A DNA stretch of 58,483 nt from Eubacteriales bacterium (GCA_045652835.1 JAZOLE010000180.1:1-58483), one strand, 5' to 3'. Positions 20,187-29,888 are shown, counted from the first letter of the stretch. Notes: generated by a model not told the origin, from the sequence alone. A program made the numbers and translations.

Positions 20187-21470
20187 ATGAATCTTGTAAA
20201 ATCCGAAAAGAATGAACACAGCATGCACTACCTTGAGTTTGCCGTAGATAAGGCAACCTTTGATGCAGCTGTAGAAAAGGTTTACCGCAAGCAGGTAAAG
20301 AACATCAACGTTCCCGGTTTCCGTAAGGGTAAGGCTCCCAAGTCCGTTATCGAAAAGATGTATGGTCAGGGCGTCTTCTTTGAGGATGCGATCAACGATC
20401 TTATTCCCGAGAACTACGAGGCAGCAGTTAAGGAAGCTGCTATCATTCCCGTTGGCCAGCCCGAGATCGATATCGTTTCTATTGACGAGAACGGTCTGGT
20501 TCTGTCCGCTAAGGTTCCCGTAAAGCCCGAGATGCAGATCAAGGACTATAAGGGCATTGAGGCTGTTAAGAACGTAGCAGAGGCTACCGAAGAGCAGGTT
20601 AACCGTGAGCTTGAAATGATCCGCGAGAGAAACTCCCGTGAGATTGAGATCACCGATGAGGCTGCAGCAATGGGCGACATCGTAAAGATCGACTTCGACG
20701 GTTCTGTTGACGGCGTTGCATTTGACGGCGGCAAGGGCACCGACTACTCTCTCAAGCTCGGCTCCGGTTCCTTTATTCCCGGTTTTGAGGAGCAGATCGC
20801 AGGTCACACCATCGGCGAAGAGTTTGACGTAAACGTTACTTTCCCCGAGGATTACCACGCAGCAGAGCTTGCAGGTAAGGCTTCCGTATTCAAGACCAAG
20901 GTAAACGCTATTACCCGTATCGAGCTTCCCGAGCTGGATGACGAATTTGCTAAGGATGCTTCCGAATTTGACACTCTTGATGAATTAAAGGCTGATATGA
21001 AGGCTAAAATCCAAGAGAGAAACGACAAGCAGGCTGAAAACGAGTATGAGGAGAAGCTGATTGAGGCTCTGATCGAAAAGCTGGAGGGCGAGATTCCCGA
21101 GGCTATGTTCGTAAACGAGACCGAGAACTTCGTTCGTGACTTTGACAACAGACTGCGCAGCCAGGGCATGGACATGAACCTGTACTTCAAGTACACCGGT
21201 ATGACCATCGAGGTTCTGCGTGAGCAGATGAGACCTCAGGCTGAGCGCCAGGTTAAGGCAAGACTTGCTCTTGAGACCATTGCTGCACTTGAGGGTGTTG
21301 TTGCTTCCGAGGACGAGATCAACGAGGAGTACCAGAGAATTGCTGATGCTTACCACCTCGAGGTTGAGCAGGTTAAGGGCATGCTGGATGACGCTTCCAT
21401 CATTGCTGATCTGCAGGTCAAGAAGGCTATGGACATCGTTAAGGAGTCCGCAGTAGCAAAGGCTGAGTAA
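20187..21470 (+). CDS. tig: trigger factor
   Basis: GFRKGKAPKSVIEKMYG ribosome-binding signature and an FKBP-type central domain. Confidence 0.93.
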   Translation: MNLVKSEKNEHSMHYLEFAVDKATFDAAVEKVYRKQVKNINVPGFRKGKAPKSVIEKMYGQGVFFEDAINDLIPENYEAAVKEAAIIPVGQPEIDIVSIDENGLVLSAKVPVKPEMQIKDYKGIEAVKNVAEATEEQVNRELEMIRERNSREIEITDEAAAMGDIVKIDFDGSVDGVAFDGGKGTDYSLKLGSGSFIPGFEEQIAGHTIGEEFDVNVTFPEDYHAAELAGKASVFKTKVNAITRIELPELDDEFAKDASEFDTLDELKADMKAKIQERNDKQAENEYEEKLIEALIEKLEGEIPEAMFVNETENFVRDFDNRLRSQGMDMNLYFKYTGMTIEVLREQMRPQAERQVKARLALETIAALEGVVASEDEINEEYQRIADAYHLEVEQVKGMLDDASIIADLQVKKAMDIVKESAVAKAE

Positions 21471-21513
21471 TTTAAGCCACTATTCCCTATTATTTTGAAA
21501 CGAGGTAAACGAG

Positions 21514-22131
21514 ATGTATTATCCGCAATATCCGAGAGACGCACTTGTTCCCACAGTCATTGAACAAACAGGCAGAGGCGAGCGTGCATACGATATTTTC
21601 TCCCGCCTGCTTAATGACCGTATCATTTTCCTGTCTGACGAGGTCAATGATGCAACCGCTTCTCTTGTCGTTGCTCAGATGCTCTTCCTCGAATCGCTGG
21701 ACCCCGATAAGGATATTTATTTCTACATCAACAGCCCCGGTGGTTCTGTGACTGCGGGCATGGCGATCTACGACACCATGAAGTTTATTCGTTGTGACGT
21801 TTCCACCATTTGCATTGGCCTTGCTGCAAGCATGGGCGCTTTTCTGCTTTCCGCCGGCACTAAGGGTAAGAGAATTGCCCTGCCCCACAGTGAAATCATG
21901 ATCCACCAGCCCAGCGGCGGCGCAAGAGGTCAGGCAAGTGACATCAAGATCCAGGCTGATTTGATCCTGCGCACACGCAAGACGCTTAATGAGCTGCTTG
22001 CCGAGCACACCGGTCAGACAGTTAAGCAGATTGAAAAGGACACCGAAAGAGACCATTTCATGACCGCACAAGAGGCACTTGCTTACGGTATTGTAGACCA
22101 GGTTAAGTCGCATCGCGGCGAAATCAAGTGA
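21514..22131 (+). CDS. clpP: ATP-dependent Clp protease proteolytic subunit
   Basis: [22 protein letters not shown]...INSPGGSV...AASMGAFLL...MIHQP. Confidence 0.95.
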   Translation: MYYPQYPRDALVPTVIEQTGRGERAYDIFSRLLNDRIIFLSDEVNDATASLVVAQMLFLESLDPDKDIYFYINSPGGSVTAGMAIYDTMKFIRCDVSTICIGLAASMGAFLLSAGTKGKRIALPHSEIMIHQPSGGARGQASDIKIQADLILRTRKTLNELLAEHTGQTVKQIEKDTERDHFMTAQEALAYGIVDQVKSHRGEIK

Positions 22132-22141
22132 GGTAGCTTGC

Positions 22142-23491
22142 ATGGCGAATACCAATACCAATAACGGTTCCCGCAGAGGGGGCAACGGGGATTCTCCCTT
22201 TTGCTCCTTTTGCGGCAGACATGAAAGCCAGGTCAATTTCCTGATCTCCGCACCCACGGGCGCATATATCTGTGACTTTTGCGCAGAGGCATGCAGCGAA
22301 TACGTTGAATCGGCAACCAAGCCTTCGATCGACCTTGGAAAGCTTTCTATGGCAACGCTTCCCAAGCCCATGGACATCAAGCGAGCACTTGATGAATATG
22401 TCATCGGTCAGGATGACGCAAAGATTGCCTTGTCCGTGTCGGTTTACAATCATTACAAGCGTGTGCTTTCCAAAAATGCAAAGCCCAAGGGTCGAAAAAA
22501 GAAAGGACAGCAATCCGAACAGGATGCAGTTGAACTGCAAAAAAGCAATGTGCTCCTGATCGGTCCTACGGGTGTCGGTAAGACTTATCTTGCTCAGACA
22601 CTTGCTAAAACCTTGCAGGTTCCCTTTGCGATTGCTGATGCAACCACTTTGACCGAGGCAGGTTACGTTGGCGAGGACGTAGAAAATATCCTTCTGCGAC
22701 TGATCCAAGCTGCCGACTATGACGTAGATCTTGCCGAGCACGGTATTATCTATATCGATGAGATCGACAAAATCTCCCGTAAAAGCGAAAACAGATCCAT
22801 TACGCGCGACGTATCCGGTGAGGGTGTACAGCAGGCATTGCTGAAGATTCTTGAAGGAACGGTTGCAAACGTGCCTCCCCAGGGTGGTCGTAAGCATCCC
22901 AATCAAGAGTTTATCAAGATCAATACCGAAAACATTCTGTTTATTTGCGGCGGAGCGTTCGACGGACTTGAAAGCATTATTGAAAAGAGACGCGGAAATC
23001 AAGCAATTGGCTTCTGCGCTGATATTCAAAAGAAATCCGAAAGACGCGATAGTGGTATTTACCGTGACGTTACTCCGCACGATATCGTTAAGTATGGCTT
23101 GATTCCCGAATTGATCGGCAGATTGCCTGTCATGGTTTCATTAAGTGATCTTGATAAGGATGCGCTTTTGCGCATTATCAGAGAGCCCAAATCCGCACTG
23201 CTCAAGCAATACGTCAAGCTCTTTGATATGGATAACGTTAAGCTGACTTTGACAGATGATGCTCTTGAAGCCATTGCTGAGCTTGCAATCAAGCGTAATA
23301 CCGGTGCACGCGGTCTGCGTTCCATCATGGAAAATATCATGATGCAGAGCATGTTTGAAATCCCCTCTCGCGGCGACGTTGCTGAGGTGATTATCCATCG
23401 CAACTGTGTTGAATCCGGTGCGCTTCCCGAGCTTGTGATTCGTCAAGAAGAGCTGCAAGCACCCACCGAACTTTTGACAGACGGTCAATAA
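22142..23491 (+). CDS. clpX: ATP-dependent Clp protease ATP-binding subunit ClpX
   Basis: CSFCG...CDFC zinc finger, GPTGVGKT Walker [10 protein letters not shown] Walker B. Confidence 0.95.
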   Translation: MANTNTNNGSRRGGNGDSPFCSFCGRHESQVNFLISAPTGAYICDFCAEACSEYVESATKPSIDLGKLSMATLPKPMDIKRALDEYVIGQDDAKIALSVSVYNHYKRVLSKNAKPKGRKKKGQQSEQDAVELQKSNVLLIGPTGVGKTYLAQTLAKTLQVPFAIADATTLTEAGYVGEDVENILLRLIQAADYDVDLAEHGIIYIDEIDKISRKSENRSITRDVSGEGVQQALLKILEGTVANVPPQGGRKHPNQEFIKINTENILFICGGAFDGLESIIEKRRGNQAIGFCADIQKKSERRDSGIYRDVTPHDIVKYGLIPELIGRLPVMVSLSDLDKDALLRIIREPKSALLKQYVKLFDMDNVKLTLTDDALEAIAELAIKRNTGARGLRSIMENIMMQSMFEIPSRGDVAEVIIHRNCVESGALPELVIRQEELQAPTELLTDGQ

Positions 23492-23496
23492 TACGA

Positions 23497-23532
23497 GAGA
23501 AGATCCGCACCGAAAATCGGTGCGGATCTTCT
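23497..23532. terminator. bidirectional intrinsic terminator
   Basis: AGAAGATCCGCACCGaaaaTCGGTGCGGATCTTCT. Confidence 0.85.
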
Positions 23533-23536
23533 TTCG

Positions 23537-24364
23537 TTATGAGCAACCGCAATTCCCTGCACGGTCGCCTTTGTTTTCTCCACTGTATCCGGACGGACAA
23601 AACTCGGACGTCGGGAACGGCATTTGGCGGAAGACGCTGCAAGGATCGCCCGAATCGTTGCTGATACACATCTTATCAGGCACACAGTATTCGGTTGCTT
23701 GGATCTGATACTGCGCAGGTCTGACCAATCGAACCACCGAGAAAAGACCAAAGGACACGGCAAGATATCTGCGATAATCGTCCTCTCTGCCAAGCATCTG
23801 TCCAAAATCAGAGCAAATACCCTCGGGAATATCGCAAGCGCAGCAGCAACAAGAACAGCACTCATGCACATGCTCCACAACCTTAGCGCCAAGCACGATA
23901 GGATCTACAACCTCGATCACAGCCTCGGGAACATTTCTCTCGCCGCAGACAGGAACAGGACGGCTACAGAAGTCGCTCACGCACTTGCCGGACTTAAAAA
24001 TGCTGACGTTGCTCTCTCCGCCATAAAGCACCACGCTCTTTTCAAGGACTGCAATGCCTTGAAAATCTTGCGATCTGCCACTAATGCACGCCTCAAGCAA
24101 AAGCTTGATATAAAAGCGCACAGTGATCGTGTAGAAACCGCGATTGAACTGTACCGGCTCAAGGTTGATGTTGGTCCATCCGATCTCAGCGCACTTAACG
24201 CGTACAGCATTGGTATGCTCAATGATCTCCTGACCATAATCGGTCAGATATACGCGAACGTTCTCAAAGCAATCCCGGTCTCTACAGGAATCAAGGATTC
24301 TGTTGGTCTCAATGCATACAGTTTCCTTGGTATGGCAGGAACTGTTTGCAAATCTGTTATCCAT
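23537..24364 (-). CDS. hypothetical cysteine-rich protein
   Basis: GGAGGTG lies 7 nt before the ATG at 24364. About 30 Cys, including HECCSCCCCACD and a C-terminal GNCGCS. No family recognised. Confidence 0.55.
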   Translation of the reverse strand: MDNRFANSSCHTKETVCIETNRILDSCRDRDCFENVRVYLTDYGQEIIEHTNAVRVKCAEIGWTNINLEPVQFNRGFYTITVRFYIKLLLEACISGRSQDFQGIAVLEKSVVLYGGESNVSIFKSGKCVSDFCSRPVPVCGERNVPEAVIEVVDPIVLGAKVVEHVHECCSCCCCACDIPEGICSDFGQMLGREDDYRRYLAVSFGLFSVVRLVRPAQYQIQATEYCVPDKMCISNDSGDPCSVFRQMPFPTSEFCPSGYSGENKGDRAGNCGCS

Positions 24365-24470
24365 AGTAAACACCTCCAAAGGTTTAGAAGCAAAAGGCTT
24401 CTTCCTTAACATGGTATGCCCGGCAGACTGAATTTGACAATACGGTACAAAATAAAAAGTGATACGACAA

Positions 24471-24499
24471 AAAAGCAACCGCTCTTCGCGGTTGCTTTT
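24471..24499 (-). terminator. intrinsic terminator after the membrane protein gene
   Basis: AAAAGCAACCGCtcttcGCGGTTGCTTTT with a T-run on the minus strand. Confidence 0.8.
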
Positions 24500-24502
24500 G
24501 CA

Positions 24503-25285
24503 TTATTCACCTGTTTTAGGCATTTTTTCATCAAGCTTGATCAAAATAAAGATAATCACCGTATAACCGATGCATGCTAAAACGGCATTGGCAAGCAATT
24601 CAAAGATCTGCAAGCTCTGTCCATAGAATACATCAAGTTTGATCAGCGTCATGATATCGTAATACACATACTGAATGTAAAAAGTCAGCCAATATACGGC
24701 AGCCATCACTGCAGCACCTGCAAGCAAGGGGTTTTTGAGTTTAAGAAATCCTGCAATTGGAAAAGCAACTTCTCTTGCTTCAATCGGTTCTTTTCCTAAA
24801 ATATGTGCCTTTCGGTTATAGTCCTTGCGGAAGGTCTCTCGCTTGGCAAACAATTTAGCGGTTACCAAGCCAACGATAAACAGGCGCAGACAGTCAAGTA
24901 ACGTAAATACGGCAACATCTTCGAGCATGAATATTGCGAGATCTGCCACAGACTCCGGTAAGGTTCCCGGGAAAACCAGCCAACCGATACACAGGATGGC
25001 AACGTAATGGAAGATCGTCATGCAGAAAAATGCGGCGTATACAGTTGTAAGCGCGCGAGCACCCACCAAATAGATACCGTAGATCAAAACGGCTGATGAG
25101 ATTGCAAATGCAAAAACGTCCACAACAGAAATCACGATTGTGATTGCATTTGTCAAAAAGCTGTTTTGATAGAGCACGTTGCTTTCCAACAGCATAGACC
25201 CTGTCAGCAGTGCGACAAGCAGCACCATAAGTCCGCCATAGCCGAACAACATTAAGTTAAGTAGTATTTTTCTATATTGAGTCAT
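24503..25285 (-). CDS. hypothetical multi-pass membrane protein
   Basis: About 7 hydrophobic segments. No motif recognised. Confidence 0.5.
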   Translation of the reverse strand: MTQYRKILLNLMLFGYGGLMVLLVALLTGSMLLESNVLYQNSFLTNAITIVISVVDVFAFAISSAVLIYGIYLVGARALTTVYAAFFCMTIFHYVAILCIGWLVFPGTLPESVADLAIFMLEDVAVFTLLDCLRLFIVGLVTAKLFAKRETFRKDYNRKAHILGKEPIEAREVAFPIAGFLKLKNPLLAGAAVMAAVYWLTFYIQYVYYDIMTLIKLDVFYGQSLQIFELLANAVLACIGYTVIIFILIKLDEKMPKTGE

Positions 25286-25427
25286 TTTTCAATTCCCTTT
25301 CAATTGTCTTCATACAGTATATCACATATGCGGCAAAAATGCTACTGTTAAATGTAAATATTTTCTCGCACGGAATGGAATTGCATGGCACGGGCATATG
25401 ATGAATCATGATTGCACGGAGGTTCTT

Positions 25428-25841
25428 ATGCATATAGAAATTGGCACAGGAGAAAAATCAATAGTTATTTCCAACAAGGAAAAATCGCACGAAATTGATG
25501 TTATGCTGACACGCATAGCTTCGACTTATTCAAGCATGATATCCATGGGATATCCCGATGCACTGGCAGCGTATCGAAAGTGTAAATTGATTTTTACAAG
25601 CGAGAACATGGATTGTAAAGGATTAATAATCAACGTATCATTGCGTCCGTGCGGGATTTATACAGACGAGTATGCCTATCATAAGCAGATTGCGCGTGCG
25701 TTGTATACGGTGACAGGAATGGATGTGCATGAATGCGCCGATGCAGCTGTAGAGATCGGCATAGGCGGAATTGACGCGTGTACTCAAGGGTATGCGCTGC
25801 TGAAGGATGCGCTTATCACGCTGCCTGTTACTTTGTTTTAG
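25428..25841 (+). CDS. hypothetical protein
   Basis: GGAGG lies 5 nt before the ATG at 25428 (track ORF starts at 25398). No motif recognised. Confidence 0.45.
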   Translation: MHIEIGTGEKSIVISNKEKSHEIDVMLTRIASTYSSMISMGYPDALAAYRKCKLIFTSENMDCKGLIINVSLRPCGIYTDEYAYHKQIARALYTVTGMDVHECADAAVEIGIGGIDACTQGYALLKDALITLPVTLF

Positions 25842-25857
25842 ATGTCTTTTACAAACA

Positions 25858-25879
25858 ACGCCCCGCACGTGCGGGGCGT
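25858..25879. terminator. GC-rich palindromic hairpin between convergent genes
   Basis: ACGCCCCGCacgtGCGGGGCGT. The T-rich tract is present only on the minus-strand side. Confidence 0.5.
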
Positions 25880-25898
25880 GCTATGTTAACCGATCGCC

Positions 25899-26066
25899 TC
25901 AAGCAACTCGCGTCGAGTATTTTTCTCCACTCTCAAAATCATAGTCAGTTAAAACCTGAAAGCAGCTGTCTGCATTGCGAGCGGAATATAAAATCGCTTT
26001 GTTTTGCACGGATATTTCGCTATCGGGGTAGATCCATTCGTTTTCGGAAAATACTTGGTAGATCAT
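25899..26066 (-). pseudogene. 55-codon ORF resembling only the N-terminus of a DUF4091-like glycoside hydrolase (possible truncated remnant)
   Basis: Own translation: MIYQVFSENEWIYPDSEISVQNKAILYSARNADSCFQVLTDYDFESGEKYSTRVA*. The ARNxxxxFQV pattern is typical of that family's N-terminal beta domain. Weak RBS. Confidence 0.3.
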
Positions 26067-26104
26067 TCTTTTCTTCCCTTCTCGCAGGGAGTGAGGTGTT
26101 GTGA

Positions 26105-27550
26105 TTAGTGATCGGAATTGGATTGAGTTCCGGTTGCGCTGATTTTATCTTGAATCAGCTTATAGATCTGTCCGTCATCCTTGGTTTTATGCAGCGAATA
26201 TTTTGTGCCGTAAACATGAATCGAGATTCTTTTTCTGTAATCCACTTTTTCAATACTTTCGTAATCTGCAACAAACGCTGTGTTATATCCTAAGTACTTG
26301 ACTCCGTTTTCATATATCTCAATATATTTCGGTTCGGGATTGCCCGCAAATTTATCTCTTATAAAAGCTATAATACAAGTCAATAAGCAAGTAAGAAAAA
26401 CGAATGCCGGCACACCGATTCCGAAAATCCAATAGAAAATCCAATCCATTTGTGGATTGAAAAGTTTCACGATCAAAGAGAACAGATTGTAAAACAGTAA
26501 TACCGGAATTGAAATTTTCAAAAGATATAATAAATGTATGAATTTACTGTATTTCCGTGAATAGATCAGTTCTCCCCAGTCGAACTCTTCTTTATCGAAT
26601 TCGTAGTCAAACGGATGTGCATCAAAGCAAATTCCATTTTCGTTACAGTATTCGCAAAACTCTTGAATAAGATCTTCTTGTTTTTCCGAATTCTTTTTTC
26701 CATATTTATATTTGCGTAAGGTGTACACAATATCGCCGCAAAATATAAAGCAACGCGTCTCAACGTCATTGTTTGAGTAATACCCTGCAACATTTCTTTG
26801 CTTGAAATCCAAGACGTCCCCCGAAGTACTGTTCACCTCAATGATGTGATCACCATGATTTTGTTTTAAAAGCAAGCAATCATTTTCAAACAGGTACTCA
26901 TAATCCTTAATTTCAATGCGCCTTTCAAACAAAGGCAAAAATTCAATCGTCTTTGCTTTGAGTATCGTTTCATTGGACTCAGACATGGGATCAAAAGATA
27001 GCTCTGTGCACGCATTGTCAGTACGCATTTCACAATAAGAATACATTTGGCCGATTATCAAATTATTTTCAATCACACCTTGGCATTTCAGTAAAATAAA
27101 TGCGCCCCAAGACGTATCCAAAAGGATCTCAAGGATGCCGTCCTTTTCATACATGCCTAAAATATATCCATCATGAAAAGTGACCGAATTGAACTGTAAT
27201 GCTTCAAGATCGGATTGCTTTTCTATTTTGGTACGTTGGCGAACTTTTGATTGCGATAAAACTGCTTTTGCCTCTGCTAACATTTCAGGCGTATATTTCT
27301 TGCGTCTGATACAGCGGAAAATATGCTTGTCGTTCCAATACGATTTGAATTGATCCCCGTCAATTGCATAACCGTCGGTATTATAATCCATGAAAAACAA
27401 TTTGTACTGATGCTTATCAAAAATATCAACCACAATCAGCTGCGAAAACGTACTGTCAAAGACAACCGCTTGACCATGCATGCGTTTCAGGGAAATCGCA
27501 AATACAGGTGAATAATAGATACTATCATTACTTAGTATTTTAGCAAGCAT
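26105..27550 (-). CDS. hypothetical low-GC membrane protein (soluble N-terminal region, TM hairpin, PH-like C-terminal domain)
   Basis: AGGAGG RBS. Two TM helices (IPVLLFYNLFSLIVKLF; IFGIGVPAFVFLTCLLTCIIAFI). The C-terminus YIEIYENGVKYLG...ISIHVYG resembles bacterial PH domains. Confidence 0.55.
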   Translation of the reverse strand: MLAKILSNDSIYYSPVFAISLKRMHGQAVVFDSTFSQLIVVDIFDKHQYKLFFMDYNTDGYAIDGDQFKSYWNDKHIFRCIRRKKYTPEMLAEAKAVLSQSKVRQRTKIEKQSDLEALQFNSVTFHDGYILGMYEKDGILEILLDTSWGAFILLKCQGVIENNLIIGQMYSYCEMRTDNACTELSFDPMSESNETILKAKTIEFLPLFERRIEIKDYEYLFENDCLLLKQNHGDHIIEVNSTSGDVLDFKQRNVAGYYSNNDVETRCFIFCGDIVYTLRKYKYGKKNSEKQEDLIQEFCEYCNENGICFDAHPFDYEFDKEEFDWGELIYSRKYSKFIHLLYLLKISIPVLLFYNLFSLIVKLFNPQMDWIFYWIFGIGVPAFVFLTCLLTCIIAFIRDKFAGNPEPKYIEIYENGVKYLGYNTAFVADYESIEKVDYRKRISIHVYGTKYSLHKTKDDGQIYKLIQDKISATGTQSNSDH

Positions 27551-27588
27551 ATTGTACCTCCTATATAAAATGTCAAAGTCGAATCAGA

Positions 27589-29466
27589 TCAGACGGGCTT
27601 TACCCCGAAATATAACTGCATCATCTCGATGATACGGGAGCTTCCGCTAGCGTTGGGCTGCCAAGGGTTGTACCATGGATTGATGGAGCAATAGCGCTCG
27701 GCGGCGATGCACTCCTCGCTCAAACCATAGGTCAGGCATGCCTCAAGGCTCTCCAGAGCCTTGTCACGTTCTCCGCAGGCGCACCACGCCTTGATCCAAT
27801 AGGTCTCGCTTTGCAGGGTATACCAGACGTCACCGTAGCCGCCAAAGTATGCCTCGTCCCACATGCTGGAGCAGCTGGTCATGCGCCCTGTAAGCCCCTT
27901 CTCGAACTGACCTCGGTTGCGGAAGAATGCCTCCATTTTCTTCTGAATGTCGCTTCCCGGCTCAATAAAACCGGTATAGAGGAGATAGGGGGCACCGTCG
28001 GTGTAGTAGCTATAGTTCTCGCTATCCTCAAAGGCGATGCCAAGCATATGAGGGAGAATGTAAGCCTCATCCTCCTCGTGACCGCGGAAAAGCCGGTCAC
28101 GAATCTCGGTGATGACCGCGCTGTAGTCATCCAGCATGGCCTTGGTGGGGGCATACTCCTCGGAGCCGTGCTTTTGAAGTGCCTCACACATGGAACGAAG
28201 AGCCATGCAGTTGTGACTGTCCGTAAACGTCCAGAACTGTCCCTGCTCGCTCCAATCACTTCCCTTACCGCAGGGGAAAATGTGTTCATAGCCCTCGGTT
28301 CGGGGCTCTTGTCTTCTGCGCTCGATCCAGTCGCGCATCATGATCAGGTATGGGAGAAAATAAGAGAATTCTTCAGAATCGTCTGTATTCTTGAGGTGTT
28401 CGGACAGTCCCCAGATCACCGAGCCTGTAAAGTTCTCCCAGCCCGCGTGACTGCCAATCTTGCCCGTATCCGGACCCTCTCGCACCAACCAACGGTCAAA
28501 ATACTTCTTATAAGCCTCGGCGGAATACTCGGTAATACCTGCTCGCTCCAGATTGACCAGCACCTGCGCGCCCTCGTAGGGCCAGACGAATCGGGCTACG
28601 TCACCCTGACGGACGGTGATGCCATTCTGTCCCTCGTATCGCGCCAACATTTGGGTACATTGCATAATCATGTGACGGTAGATGCCCAGATAACGCTCGT
28701 CCTCCGTGTCGGGCAGATAGCGGATCTTTTGGTTCATCATCTCCCAAAACGTAACGCACTCAGTACGCTTTTCGCAGTAATCAAAGTCACTTATAGCTTC
28801 ATTGGCGCGGATCGCACCCGTGAGGATCAGGGTCTCCCCTGCCTTGAGCCTGTAGCAGACCTCGAAATAGTCGGCGGCGGCAAAGCTATGGCCGTTTTTG
28901 GATTCGGTGACCCAACGAATATCACACCCTTCACCGCAGACAGCTAAGCAGCCCATATCGCTGGAGGCAAGACCGTCGGACACCTGCGCCCACGTGCGCT
29001 TGAGCATATACCAGTTCTTTTCGTTGGGGCAGTAAGGGCTATAGCCTTCCTGATGCTGGTTGAGCATGTATTTCTCTTGACCCGAGCGAGGGAGCAGGCC
29101 CAGGCGGCTCTCCACACGCTCATGGGAGTCGTTTTCAAGGGTGATGCGGAAATAGACGGTGGGATTTCGGTCCTCCCCAGCGAAGGCCTCTACGCGAGTT
29201 AAAACCTCGCCTCGGTTTACCACCTCGTAAATGGGAAGCCCATATTCGATCTCACGGTAATGTGTATTTTCCATATCAAAGCCCACCATATCATCTCCGT
29301 GGAGAAGCAAAAGACCCACACCGGGCTGACCCACGTGGACATCGTTGTCCAAAAGAGACAGGGTCAAGAGCTTGAAGTCGGGGCAAAGGATAGCGACACG
29401 CTCGGACAGGGGGCGTTGAAGGTAAACCTTAGTTGTTTTGGGTCTTTGCCATTCCGGTGTTTTCAT
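27589..29466 (-). CDS. uncharacterised six-hairpin ((alpha/alpha)6-barrel-like) glycoside hydrolase-like protein
   Basis: 625 aa, AAAGGA RBS. The Trp/Tyr-rich C-terminal half (WYTLQSETYWIKAW...NPWYNPWQPNASG) resembles six-hairpin glycosidases. The family was not identified. Confidence 0.45.
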   Translation of the reverse strand: MKTPEWQRPKTTKVYLQRPLSERVAILCPDFKLLTLSLLDNDVHVGQPGVGLLLLHGDDMVGFDMENTHYREIEYGLPIYEVVNRGEVLTRVEAFAGEDRNPTVYFRITLENDSHERVESRLGLLPRSGQEKYMLNQHQEGYSPYCPNEKNWYMLKRTWAQVSDGLASSDMGCLAVCGEGCDIRWVTESKNGHSFAAADYFEVCYRLKAGETLILTGAIRANEAISDFDYCEKRTECVTFWEMMNQKIRYLPDTEDERYLGIYRHMIMQCTQMLARYEGQNGITVRQGDVARFVWPYEGAQVLVNLERAGITEYSAEAYKKYFDRWLVREGPDTGKIGSHAGWENFTGSVIWGLSEHLKNTDDSEEFSYFLPYLIMMRDWIERRRQEPRTEGYEHIFPCGKGSDWSEQGQFWTFTDSHNCMALRSMCEALQKHGSEEYAPTKAMLDDYSAVITEIRDRLFRGHEEDEAYILPHMLGIAFEDSENYSYYTDGAPYLLYTGFIEPGSDIQKKMEAFFRNRGQFEKGLTGRMTSCSSMWDEAYFGGYGDVWYTLQSETYWIKAWCACGERDKALESLEACLTYGLSEECIAAERYCSINPWYNPWQPNASGSSRIIEMMQLYFGVKPV

Positions 29467-29561
29467 GATGCGCTCATCCTTTCAATCTTATGGATTCACA
29501 GAGTGACTTCGCTTGTGTGAGCTTATTGTAGCATATTTTAAGTAAAAATGCAAGGGTATCT

Positions 29562-29631
29562 GCGCAAGGCATGCCTCAAAATGCGATGCATTTTATGACA
29601 GGGTTCTGAGCCGCTGAGGCTACAGCATAAA
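29562..29631. repeat. direct repeat copy 1 (about 70 nt)
   Basis: Matches 29693..29762 with 4 mismatches over the 62-nt core. Contains the small palindrome AAAATGCnnTGCATTTT. Confidence 0.85.
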
Positions 29632-29692
29632 TGATGCGGGGGCTCTGAACCCATGTTTGCGAAGCTTACCTGTTATTTCTTAATATTCAACC

Positions 29693-29762
29693 GCGCAAAC
29701 CATGCCATAAAATGCGTTGCATTTTATGACGGGGTTCTGAGCCGCTGAGGCTACAGCATAAA
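29693..29762. repeat. direct repeat copy 2 (about 70 nt, period 131 nt)
   Basis: See copy 1. Abuts the tRNA-Val terminator hairpin. Confidence 0.85.
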
Positions 29763-29798
29763 AGGATAGGAGTGTGCTGATGCACACTCCTATCCTTT
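29761..29798 (-). terminator. intrinsic terminator of tRNA-Val
   Basis: Perfect 17-bp stem AAAGGATAGGAGTGTGC/GCACACTCCTATCCTTT with a 4-nt loop, directly 3' of the tRNA on the minus strand. Confidence 0.8.
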
Positions 29799-29800
29799 TA

Positions 29801-29877
29801 TGGTGGAGACGAGGGGGCTCGAACCCATGACCTCACGGATGTGAACCGTGCGCTCTGACCAACTGAGCTACGCCTCC
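29801..29877 (-). tRNA. tRNA-Val (anticodon CAC)
   Basis: The reverse complement GGAGGCGTAGCTCAGTTGGTCAGAGCGCACGGTTCACATCCGTGAGGTCATGGGTTCGAGCCCCCTCGTCTCCACCA folds as a cloverleaf. It has a 7-bp acceptor stem, anticodon loop TTCACAT, a GTTCGAG T-loop and an encoded CCA. There is one U-C mismatch in the T-stem. Confidence 0.85.
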
Positions 29878-29888
29878 GAACGCACGAT

